From contig JAAXWF010000001.1 in assembly GCA_013335095.1 (NCBI GenBank), positions 150,797 to 214,796 of the forward strand: DNA of 64,000 nt. The letters are read 5' to 3'. Below are positions 29,241 through 39,211 of the stretch, in pieces. Below the pieces are notes generated by a model, which was given only the letters and a program-made list of their open reading frames with translations, was not told where the DNA came from and ran no database searches. This stretch comes from a candidate division WWE3 bacterium. GTDB lineage: Bacteria; Patescibacteriota; 4484-211; GCA-002791395. The position numbers were made by a program, and so were the translations under genes. How positions within the stretch are numbered: the first letter of the stretch is position 1; every line of letters starts with the position of its first letter.

Positions 29241-30707
29241 TTATACTGGAAAATCGGCAATATTGTTATCGGCTGAAGGTTGATACCCAACGATCGCTAA
29301 AACGTCATCGGTAGCGGGTCGGATAACGAGATGCTTCTTCTTGTCAAAAATAAACTGACAAAGGACCTTGTATAGGTCATAATCGAAACGATAGGGGGCA
29401 AGTTGAACATGATCCAATAACCCATCTGAAAGTCGCGCAGTTCCTATATAGCACCAATGATCGATAACGTGAAAATCCGAAGATAATCCACTCGAATCCC
29501 CCTCAATACACATAACTGGCGATGAATACGGCCAGCGTTTTAACCGTATCTGGGATACCGCATTGATAAAACGCTTATTATAGTCATCTGATGACTCCTG
29601 CTTCACACAAGCGCCAAGACATCGGCCGAGTCGATGCGCAAAACAAGCACCGCTGGTTTTTTCGATACCAAGGCGCTTTTCACAGAGTTGATATTGTTCA
29701 GATAAGGCAATCAGACACTCCTTCACCTGTTTCTGAGATTTAAATATGCCAATGAGTGAGTCGAGTGTTAAAGGATCGACTTCGGTAAGAGATCGTATAG
29801 TGGTGGTATAAAACCCATCATCGTCGGTCGCCAGATATGCCGCACGCAGTTGTCGAGAGTTACGTAATTTATGGTTATACAATGGCTGGTACTTCTTAAT
29901 TAAATTCGATTCTAAAATTAATGCCCCTAGCTCACCTACTGTTTGAATCGTGTCGATTCGTTCAACTTGTTGGGCAATCTTCATTTCAGTTGAGGATTGA
30001 TAATCTGCAGAAAAATGCGATAACACTCGGTCCCGGATATGTACACTCTTACCAATGTACAACGGAAGATCATTAAGACCATACATCAAATAAACCCCAG
30101 CCGATGGAGGTAAATATGATAAATCAGATGAAGATAGTTTAACTGGTAGGGCTGGCCGAGGGATAACCGTATCAAGAACATCTTCAATTCGTTCTAATGG
30201 AAAAGATTGCATAATCTGTTGATAAAACTGCCACAGAATGAATACGTCATCATATGCTCGATGACGATTTTCATAGACAAACCCAAATCGACGAATAATC
30301 GAACCGAGATCGTGTTTCTTTTGATCGGGATATAAGGATCTTGAAAGTTTTACCGTACAGAGTTGTTTGGCTTTAAGTGTGTACCCTAATCGGCTAAACT
30401 CGTTACGCACAAAACTAAAATCAAATCGAACATTATGTGCAACAAATATTGAGTTATCTAAAAGAGACAAAAGTTCTTCAGCTATCTGATAAAACGAAGG
30501 TGCAGCTAAAATATCTTTGTTTTGAATTCCAGTGATAGCCGTTATTTCGGAAGGAATGTCCCTTTCAGGATCAATAAAGGTGTGGATCGTTTTAACGATC
30601 TGACCATCTTCAATACGAATTGCAGCAATCTCAATAATCCGATCACTTGATGGATTGAGTCCCGTTGTCTCGACGTCAATAAAAGTTAATATTTTTGGTA
30701 TTTTCAT
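29241..30707 (-). CDS. DnaQ-like 3'-5' exonuclease (DEDDh) fused to a GIY-YIG (UvrC/Cho-like) nuclease domain
   Basis: N-terminal exo motifs FIDVETTGLNP, VAHNVRFDFSF and HRAYDD. Central GIY-YIG GVYLMYG...LYIGKS...R...H. Cys-containing C-terminal region. 488 aa. Confidence 0.75.
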   Translation of the reverse strand: MKIPKILTFIDVETTGLNPSSDRIIEIAAIRIEDGQIVKTIHTFIDPERDIPSEITAITGIQNKDILAAPSFYQIAEELLSLLDNSIFVAHNVRFDFSFVRNEFSRLGYTLKAKQLCTVKLSRSLYPDQKKHDLGSIIRRFGFVYENRHRAYDDVFILWQFYQQIMQSFPLERIEDVLDTVIPRPALPVKLSSSDLSYLPPSAGVYLMYGLNDLPLYIGKSVHIRDRVLSHFSADYQSSTEMKIAQQVERIDTIQTVGELGALILESNLIKKYQPLYNHKLRNSRQLRAAYLATDDDGFYTTTIRSLTEVDPLTLDSLIGIFKSQKQVKECLIALSEQYQLCEKRLGIEKTSGACFAHRLGRCLGACVKQESSDDYNKRFINAVSQIRLKRWPYSSPVMCIEGDSSGLSSDFHVIDHWCYIGTARLSDGLLDHVQLAPYRFDYDLYKVLCQFIFDKKKHLVIRPATDDVLAIVGYQPSADNNIADFPV

Positions 30708-30827
30708 CTTGTATTTATGCTACCAAATTACAAAACCCTTGATATGAACGTAGAAGTATCGGCATCATTGACTCATTGCTTTTCGTCGACAGTTTTTGAA
30801 TAATTAAAATACCCTACTGGAGGCGGT

Positions 30828-32528
30828 ATAACTCTATCTAAAAAAACATTTATTATCATAACCTTAGCATTTGCGCTTTTAACCGTTATAACGTATATAA
30901 CTGGTCGAATTGTCGTACTACGAGGATTTAGCAGCATCGAAGAGGCACAGGCACGGTCAACATTAGACCGCATTGCTGAAGCAATTCAGGCCGAACAAGG
31001 ACAAATCGGACGCACCGTAACGGATTGGGCCGAGTGGTCAGACACCTATCGTTATATCGATAATCGCGACCAATCCTACACAGAAACAAATCTCAACGAT
31101 GAAACCCATATTGGATTAGGCTTAAATCTCATTATGTATATTGATAAGAATCAGCAAGTCGTTTTCGGTAATGCATACGATTTAGAAAAACAAGAAAGAG
31201 TTCCGATTCCAAGCGATCTCGTCACGCAAATATTTGATGAACCCAAATTAGTACAACATACATCTACTAACGACCACATTGAAGGTATCTTGATGGTCGG
31301 AGAACGCCCAATGATGGTTGTTGCGAATCCGATCTTAACCAGTGAAAAGGCGGGACCAATTAACGGATCTCTAATCATGGGCCGCTACCTTAGCGATCAA
31401 ATAATTCGTAACCTAAGTGACCAAGTTAAACAAGAATTTAGCGTTCATACATTAAATTCAGTAGGAATACCGAATGAAGTAAAACAAGAGATAGCATCAA
31501 ACCAGGCAATAGTAAAGCCAATAAGCAACGACACCTTAGCTGGCTATATTGCACTAACTGACTTAAATGACAAACCCGTACTAATAGTTGAAGCGCAAAT
31601 TCACCGGGATGTGTATCGACAAGGTCAACAAAGTGTCTGGTATTGGGCAGTTTGGATGATCATTGCTGGGAGCGTAGTTGGCACAGCATTAATGCTGTTC
31701 GTCAAAATAAGTGTGATCGATCGCATGTATCAATTAAATAATGAGATAAAAGGCATCAGTATGAATAGCTTAAATCAACGGTTAACGGTTAAAAATCATG
31801 ACGAAATATCTGAACTTACAATATCGGCTAATAACATGCTTGAAGCAATACAGCAGGCGCAGGCCCAGCTCGAACGATTTGTGTATATTGTTTCCCATGA
31901 TTTACGTTCACCATTAACAGCACTACGTTCTTATGTGGCTGTATTACAAGAAGAAATACAGGAAGGAGATATGAGCATGGTGCTCAATGATCTCGGATCG
32001 ATGGAAAAGATAACAAAAAATATGGGAGAGATGATCGATAATCTTCTGATATTAAGTCGGATTAAACGGGAAGCGCGAGTTAAAGAATCAGTTAACCTAA
32101 ACGACGTCTTACAAAAGATAGAACAAAATGTGAGCATACTCGCAAAAGAAAATCACATCGAATTAGTAATTAGCCCGAACTTTCCGACTCTTCAACTATT
32201 TCGACAACCGATTATCGAAGTATTCAGTAACCTAATCTCTAATGCTATTAAATTTACCTCGGAAAAAGAAAGCGGCCGTATTGAGGTCGGATTTACAGAT
32301 CAAGGTGAAGAATACCACTTTTTTGTAAAAGATGATGGCCCAGGAATACCAAAAGATAATTTAGAAAAGTTATTTACGTTGTTCTTCCGGGACGGTAAAA
32401 AAGCGGGCAGCGGAATTGGCCTTTCGGTCGTAAAAGAATACATTCAATTACATGGAGGCCGAGTTTGGGTTGAATCAGTCGAAGGAAATGGAAGCACTTT
32501 TTGGTTCAGTTTACCTAAAAAGAATTAA
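30828..32528 (+). CDS. Sensor histidine kinase (TM1, periplasmic sensor domain, TM2, HisKA, HATPase_c); start codon uncertain
   Basis: FVYIVSHDLRSPLTAL H-box, N-box NLISNAIKFT, G-boxes DDGPGIP and GSGIGLSV. The ATG ORF starts at 31134, but the frame is open back to 30804 and encodes TM1 (KKTFIIITLAFALLTVITY) and sensor-domain sequence with no in-frame ATG. GGAGG sits 4 nt upstream of ATA at 30828. Confidence 0.75.
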   Translation: MTLSKKTFIIITLAFALLTVITYITGRIVVLRGFSSIEEAQARSTLDRIAEAIQAEQGQIGRTVTDWAEWSDTYRYIDNRDQSYTETNLNDETHIGLGLNLIMYIDKNQQVVFGNAYDLEKQERVPIPSDLVTQIFDEPKLVQHTSTNDHIEGILMVGERPMMVVANPILTSEKAGPINGSLIMGRYLSDQIIRNLSDQVKQEFSVHTLNSVGIPNEVKQEIASNQAIVKPISNDTLAGYIALTDLNDKPVLIVEAQIHRDVYRQGQQSVWYWAVWMIIAGSVVGTALMLFVKISVIDRMYQLNNEIKGISMNSLNQRLTVKNHDEISELTISANNMLEAIQQAQAQLERFVYIVSHDLRSPLTALRSYVAVLQEEIQEGDMSMVLNDLGSMEKITKNMGEMIDNLLILSRIKREARVKESVNLNDVLQKIEQNVSILAKENHIELVISPNFPTLQLFRQPIIEVFSNLISNAIKFTSEKESGRIEVGFTDQGEEYHFFVKDDGPGIPKDNLEKLFTLFFRDGKKAGSGIGLSVVKEYIQLHGGRVWVESVEGNGSTFWFSLPKKN

Positions 32529-33502
32529 TTAAGTAGAATAGATGCAGTTATCAAGTAAATAGTAATACTTAACAAATCCTGTAATGCTGTAGTAAACGGC
32601 CCGCTGCCGACCGCTTCATCTTTATGGATCATGGTTAGTACAATTGGAGTTAAACAGGCTAAAACAGTAGCTGTCGTCATCGATAAAAACATCGAGATCA
32701 TCACCACAAGTCCAATACTCGTAGAGCCAGAAATTACATATCCGGCAAACCCAGCAATAACGCCCAGAAACACTCCGATAGTCATACCGATCAAAGCCTC
32801 TCTGACAATGTATTGAGTTAACTTGATCTTGAACAGTGTTACCGCCCGAATAAAAATCGCCTCTGTCTGGGTACCGATTGCATCAGACATATACGTCATA
32901 ACCGGAAGGAAAAAAGCCAAAGTGATATGCTGCCTAAAAGACACTTCAAAACTGCTCGTTATTAGGCTTCCAATAAGTCCAACCATTAGTCCAAAGAGTA
33001 GCCACGGTAACCGCGCCCGAACGAGCCTTAACCAATTCATCTGGATCAAATCGGAAAGACCATGATGAACTTCATTAAAACCAGAAGATCTAAGATAGTC
33101 TTCCATGTGTTCAGCATGAAGAATATTTATTACTTGGTCGTCTGAAATAACACCAAGTAAACAATTATCATCGTCAACCACGGTCAATATTGGGGCATCT
33201 TTATGGATAATTTCAGCAACAAGGGAATCTCTTTTAGCTGAGGCTTTTACTGTTAATGGATTAATAACCATTAATTCTTTTAGTAACTGTTTAGGTTTTG
33301 AGATGAGTAACCGGGTAGTCATGACGAGTCCAAGTAAATGATTCGCCTCATCGACGACATAAATGGCATGAATATCATCTAAACTTTTCTTTGCAAGCCG
33401 CTGCATAGTAGCTGAGACAGTATCATCAGCCAAACCAGTGAGTACATTCGTTACCATTAAATCCTTAGCTGTTTCAAGAGTATAGAGCGAATTATCAGTC
33501 AT
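32525..33502 (-). CDS. mgtE: Magnesium transporter MgtE (CBS pair plus MgtE TM domain)
   Basis: Tandem CBS domains followed by a 5-TM MgtE channel domain (PVMTYMSDAIGTQTEAI). Start placed at the internal Met (the track ORF starts at 33595). Confidence 0.8.
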   Translation of the reverse strand: MTDNSLYTLETAKDLMVTNVLTGLADDTVSATMQRLAKKSLDDIHAIYVVDEANHLLGLVMTTRLLISKPKQLLKELMVINPLTVKASAKRDSLVAEIIHKDAPILTVVDDDNCLLGVISDDQVINILHAEHMEDYLRSSGFNEVHHGLSDLIQMNWLRLVRARLPWLLFGLMVGLIGSLITSSFEVSFRQHITLAFFLPVMTYMSDAIGTQTEAIFIRAVTLFKIKLTQYIVREALIGMTIGVFLGVIAGFAGYVISGSTSIGLVVMISMFLSMTTATVLACLTPIVLTMIHKDEAVGSGPFTTALQDLLSITIYLITASILLN

Positions 33503-33572
33503 ACAGTAAGTATACAAACCAGATATGGGTCTCTGCAATGATAAAAGAGTAGAGTACAATAAAGTTGATTTT

Positions 33573-36104
33573 ATGCTCTCAGTCTCAGAATACACGACAC
33601 TTACCGTTGATGATCTATTATCAAAATATTCTTTAAGTAATGAAAAAGGCCTTACTGATGATCAAGTTATAGTTCAACGTCAAGAACACGGCCTAAATCA
33701 AATTACTTCTAAACAAACCTTATGGTGGGAGATTCTAAAACGCCAATTTAGTTCACCTTTTGTATATATCCTGATAGTATGTGCACTTTTACTCGCAATA
33801 ATAGGAGAACCTATCGATGCGGTTATGATTACCCTATTCATTTTATTGAATACGACATTAAGCTTTTATCAGGAATTTCAATCTGAGAAAACTATCCAAC
33901 TACTTAAAGGTATCATATACACCAGAGCGCGCGTGAGACGCAACGGCGTAGAGCAGATCATTGACAGCAAAGATCTAGTTCCAGGCGATATTGTAATTGT
34001 CGAAAATGGCGATGTTATACCCGCTGATCTAAGATTCATTGAAACGACGTCGCTTATGATCAATGAATCCATTCTGAGTGGAGAATCCGCACCAGTACCT
34101 CGACATGATAAACCACTTATAAAGGCAGCGACTGAATTTAACGAAGCAGAAAATATCGGTTTTTCTGGAACTACAGTAGTTTCAGGTAAGGCAATGGGCG
34201 TTGTTATTGGCACAGGAGAACAAACAGCCATTGGCGAAATCTCAAACCTAGTCGAGAAAACACACGGCTCAAGCGGGTTTGAGCAGAATTTATCCAAATT
34301 AAGTACGTTCATCTTATGGATGGTCATAGTAACTCTCATACTCCTCTACATCAGTAATATTTTTATTAAAGGACCCGATGCCAATCCTTTTGAACTACTC
34401 ATATTTTCAATTACCCTGGCTGTTGGAGTTATCCCTGAAGCACTACCAGTGGTAACGACCTTTGCTTTATCGCGTGGTGCTCGAGAGCTTGCAGATAAAA
34501 AAGTTGTCGTAAAAAGACTATCTGCAATTGAGGATCTCGGAAGTATTGATATTTTATGTACCGATAAAACAGGCACGATTACTCAAAACACGCTTACCGT
34601 TGATAGTCTATATGAAGAGCCAGACCAAGATCCCTTGTTTCTGGCATGTTTGGCATCTCCCTTTGGAAATGAAACATCAAAACAGCCGAATAATTCATTT
34701 GACCTGGCGTTACTAAACAGAGCCCCTCAGTCATTTACCGATACAAAATCTCAATATACCTTTGTTGGTGAAGTTCCCTTTGATCCTGAAAGACGCCGTA
34801 ACATTGTCTCGGTTAAAAAAGGAAAGACTCAGATAATGATTGTTCGAGGAGCACCCGAATCAATCTTACCGTTATGCATCAGTTGCAAACAATCTGAACA
34901 GGAGATCTCGAATTGGATGAACCAACAGGGACGAGATGGTAAAAGAATAATTGCTGTAGCAACCAAAGAAATTCCCTTACATACAGCAGATGACAGTTTA
35001 TTAGAGTACGAAAAGGATTTAATTTTTGCTGGCTTAATTTCATTTATCGATCCATTAAAAGACTCCACAATCTCCGCAGTAAATCATGCAAAACAATTAA
35101 ATGTCGGAATAAAAATGATAACGGGAGATAATGCCGAAGTGGCGGGAGCAGTGGGTAAAAAAATTGGAATAGTAGATGATCCCGAGGCGGTAATAACCGG
35201 AACCGAGTTGGATAAATTAACACACGCAGAGCAAGAAGAGGCAGTTGAGAAATATTTCGTCTTTGCCCGCATATCACCTCAACAGAAATACCGGATTATC
35301 GAATTATTGCAAAATAATCACGAAGTCGGTTTCCTCGGGGAAGGTATTAACGATGCCCCAGCTCTAAAATTGGCTAACGTTTCACTGGTTGTACAAGATG
35401 CTTCGGATATTGCCCGAGAAGCGTCAGATATCGTCCTACTGGAATCAGGACTCGACGTAATCGTCATGGGTATCCAAGAAGGCCGAAATGTCTTTGCAAA
35501 TACGGTTAAGTACATCAAAGCAACACTCGCATCAAACTTTGGTAATTTCTTTGCCGTGGCATCAGCGACATATTTCATTAACTTTTTACCGATGCTTCCA
35601 TTACAAATACTGTTGGTTAATTTATTGTCTGATTTCCCGATGATATCAATTGCAACTGATAGAAATGATTTGGATCAGATAAAAATGCCAAAACGATACC
35701 ACATGGGTGAGATTGCTAAACAGGCGCTTATTTTAGGTGTTGTCAGTACTTCATTCGATTTACTTGTATTCCGTTTATTTGTTTCATCTGGCCCACAGGT
35801 TCTACAAACAAATTGGCTAATTAGCAGTATTCTTACTGAGTTAGTCTTTCTATTTTCGATTCGTACCAACCGATTCTTTTTGCATACCGTTGCACCATCA
35901 TTCCCGATCATTTCACTGTCACTGGGAGCGATAATAGCAACATTAGTTATTCCATTCACATCGCTTGGTCGGCAATTATTTAGCTTAACGCCTCCGACTC
36001 AATCAAACTTTATAACAATTGGATTAGTCGTTCTCGTTTACTTTATTAGCACCGAGACCATTAAACTCATTGGATATAAAACTGGATTCTTTTCCGAGAA
36101 ATAA
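33573..36104 (+). CDS. Cation-transporting P-type ATPase (type II/III, MgtA/Ca2+-ATPase-like)
   Basis: Cation_ATPase_N segment. Phosphorylation site DKTGTITQN, TGDN and GEGINDAPAL motifs. 10 predicted TM segments. About 840 aa from the chosen start. Confidence 0.85.
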   Translation: MLSVSEYTTLTVDDLLSKYSLSNEKGLTDDQVIVQRQEHGLNQITSKQTLWWEILKRQFSSPFVYILIVCALLLAIIGEPIDAVMITLFILLNTTLSFYQEFQSEKTIQLLKGIIYTRARVRRNGVEQIIDSKDLVPGDIVIVENGDVIPADLRFIETTSLMINESILSGESAPVPRHDKPLIKAATEFNEAENIGFSGTTVVSGKAMGVVIGTGEQTAIGEISNLVEKTHGSSGFEQNLSKLSTFILWMVIVTLILLYISNIFIKGPDANPFELLIFSITLAVGVIPEALPVVTTFALSRGARELADKKVVVKRLSAIEDLGSIDILCTDKTGTITQNTLTVDSLYEEPDQDPLFLACLASPFGNETSKQPNNSFDLALLNRAPQSFTDTKSQYTFVGEVPFDPERRRNIVSVKKGKTQIMIVRGAPESILPLCISCKQSEQEISNWMNQQGRDGKRIIAVATKEIPLHTADDSLLEYEKDLIFAGLISFIDPLKDSTISAVNHAKQLNVGIKMITGDNAEVAGAVGKKIGIVDDPEAVITGTELDKLTHAEQEEAVEKYFVFARISPQQKYRIIELLQNNHEVGFLGEGINDAPALKLANVSLVVQDASDIAREASDIVLLESGLDVIVMGIQEGRNVFANTVKYIKATLASNFGNFFAVASATYFINFLPMLPLQILLVNLLSDFPMISIATDRNDLDQIKMPKRYHMGEIAKQALILGVVSTSFDLLVFRLFVSSGPQVLQTNWLISSILTELVFLFSIRTNRFFLHTVAPSFPIISLSLGAIIATLVIPFTSLGRQLFSLTPPTQSNFITIGLVVLVYFISTETIKLIGYKTGFFSEK

Positions 36105-36131
36105 TCACAAAACAGAAATTAATATGAAAAT

Positions 36132-37457
<1,326 letters not shown>

Positions 37458-37543
37458 TCAAGCCAAATTATTACTCAAGACAGTACAAGTAAAAATGCCG
37501 GACAACACAATGCCCGGCAAAAAATTCCTGAGTACAAAAAACG

Positions 37544-37849
37544 TTACCGTCGCGTACGATAAATAATACGCGGCTTACGCGTGGCAACAACACCTCCAGC
37601 CATTGCAAAAAGAGGGTCACTATTATCCTCTTCATACAAATACGAAGAAATCTCGGCAGTCGCCCTCTCATCGCGTGTAGCTGGTCTCCATCGAGGACAT
37701 GCTCCTTGATGAGCAGATGCTTGTTCGAGTGTCATTCGTGGATGGACAATATCTTTTCCATCTTCCTGTGCCCGCAGGATAATTCGTGCGATACGGCAAC
37801 TGCGACATCCAAGCGGAGTGTGTTTGGTTCGTCCGTGAAGACGGGCCAT
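37544..37849 (-). CDS. Hypothetical GC-rich small protein (101 aa) with strong RBS
   Basis: AAAGGAGGT sits 7 nt upstream of ATG (MARLHGRTKH...). About 50% GC against about 38% for the genome. C-x2-C plus a distant Cys. Arg-rich C-terminus (KPRIIYRTRR). Confidence 0.4.
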   Translation of the reverse strand: MARLHGRTKHTPLGCRSCRIARIILRAQEDGKDIVHPRMTLEQASAHQGACPRWRPATRDERATAEISSYLYEEDNSDPLFAMAGGVVATRKPRIIYRTRR

Positions 37850-37958
37850 AATCGGACCTCCTTTGCATAACGAATTACAGTGAACAAGAATAATAATATA
37901 TGATGCGTACAAATACCAAATTAGCTAATGAGAAATAGTTACAAATAAATGAAAATTA

Positions 37959-38005
37959 GGGCTGATGCTGCTCGCATATTGTCTGTCTACACGAGCAGCC
38001 CAGCG
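37959..38005 (-). terminator. Probable rho-independent terminator of the glycoside-hydrolase-like gene
   Basis: Long GC-rich hairpin (GCTGCTCG-N17-CGAGCAGC with an outer extension) followed on the minus strand by a T-rich tract (TAATTTTCATTTATTT). Confidence 0.45.
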
Positions 38006-38141
38006 GGCACTTGGAGACTGTAGTCGGTCTTTAGCCGAAGTGTCCACAGCCATATATGTTTGCTATTATCGATGAAAAATTTCACAAATCAACCGTTGAC
38101 ATTGTTACGATTAGAAAACATTTAATTGATCTTTATCATAC

Positions 38142-39149
38142 TTATTTACCTATCCATTCTTGTGTACATTTCCACCAACTAGGGTTACCTTGATTCATGC
38201 ACGCAGCTTGAAATTCTAATCCCCATAACAGGCAAAATTCAAAATCGAATTGAGCGATTTTATATAATAGTTCTCGATACATGTCGATGGTAAAGGATCG
38301 ATTTCCTTTGGGATTACTAAAATCCATTTGATCAGGTTTAGATTCCCAAGGTTCGGCCTGTAACTCAGATATAAACGGAGTAGCGTTCCCCACTTTAGTA
38401 TCCCAAATTAATGTACTGAGCAATCTCCAATGACGATCGTGAGCTAAGTTCTTCACATCAAACAAGTTAAATACCCTCCTTTCACTTGAAGGATAGATGT
38501 TAAACCCGAGCAAATCAGGATTTAATGATAACAATCTCTTGAGAATTTTTCGACGAGTTAATGCAGCTACAAGTAGTGGTTCGGTAAATCCCGCTCCCAT
38601 AGTAACTGCAACATTCTTTAATGACCTTGTGCGTAAACAAAAAACTTCATCACGCATATCGGTGTAAGAAATTGTATGTCCCCCAGGACCGGTCATCTCA
38701 AATGGCTCGTTTTCAATTTGGATCGCGTCTACAGCAGGATGATCGGACCAATGATCGACAGAACTCTGCACATAGTTATTAAAAGCTTCTTGAACTCCTA
38801 ATTGATGCTTAGGTATAGAACCCCAAGACGTTATCGTATGATTTAGTAAATGCCACTCGGGGATGTGTACCTCGGGCCAACGTAAATTTTTTATCCCAAT
38901 TACTAAAATAACCTGAATGTTTGCGCTCCTGCATTGCTCAACGACATAATCATGTAAAGAAAAATCAAATACTCCTGGAGAAACTTCCAGCTCGGTCCAC
39001 GGAACAGATACTCGAAGAATCCGAGGATGCATGCCAATAATCTGACTCAATACGTTTTGCCATGACTGGCCAACAGCAGCCCCCCCCCACTCACCAGCCA
39101 ACCACCGACAATAGGAGATTGAAAAGTTTGCCCCAAAAGTCATACCCAT
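38142..39149 (-). CDS. Putative glycoside hydrolase (TIM-barrel, GH5-like NEP motif)
   Basis: QIENEPFE catalytic-acid-like motif and an aromatic-rich barrel. Family assignment is uncertain. Start is uncertain (the track starts at 39200; internal Met at 39149 or 39143). Confidence 0.45.
   Translation of the reverse strand: MGMTFGANFSISYCRWLAGEWGGAAVGQSWQNVLSQIIGMHPRILRVSVPWTELEVSPGVFDFSLHDYVVEQCRSANIQVILVIGIKNLRWPEVHIPEWHLLNHTITSWGSIPKHQLGVQEAFNNYVQSSVDHWSDHPAVDAIQIENEPFEMTGPGGHTISYTDMRDEVFCLRTRSLKNVAVTMGAGFTEPLLVAALTRRKILKRLLSLNPDLLGFNIYPSSERRVFNLFDVKNLAHDRHWRLLSTLIWDTKVGNATPFISELQAEPWESKPDQMDFSNPKGNRSFTIDMYRELLYKIAQFDFEFCLLWGLEFQAACMNQGNPSWWKCTQEWIGK
39080..39088. repeat. C9/G9 homopolymer inside the 5' coding region of the GH-like gene
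   Basis: Nine consecutive C on the plus strand (G9 on the coding strand, encoding W-G-G). Confidence 0.9.
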
Positions 39150-39211
39150 ATTGTACGCAAATCCTGTGCATAGATCGAAAAAAGCAGGGATACGATACAA
39201 TCAACTTCTAT

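Noticed and set aside
33503-33572. Possible Mg2+ riboswitch (M-box) in the divergent mgtE / P-type ATPase intergenic region.
   Set aside because: Only about 70 bp and AT-rich. That is far too short for an M-box (about 160 nt) and no conserved motif was seen.
37959-38050. GC-rich hairpin cluster considered as a riboswitch for the downstream small ORF.
   Set aside because: The first long hairpin is followed by a T-rich tract in the minus orientation. It is better explained as the intrinsic terminator of the upstream hydrolase gene. No riboswitch consensus was recognised.
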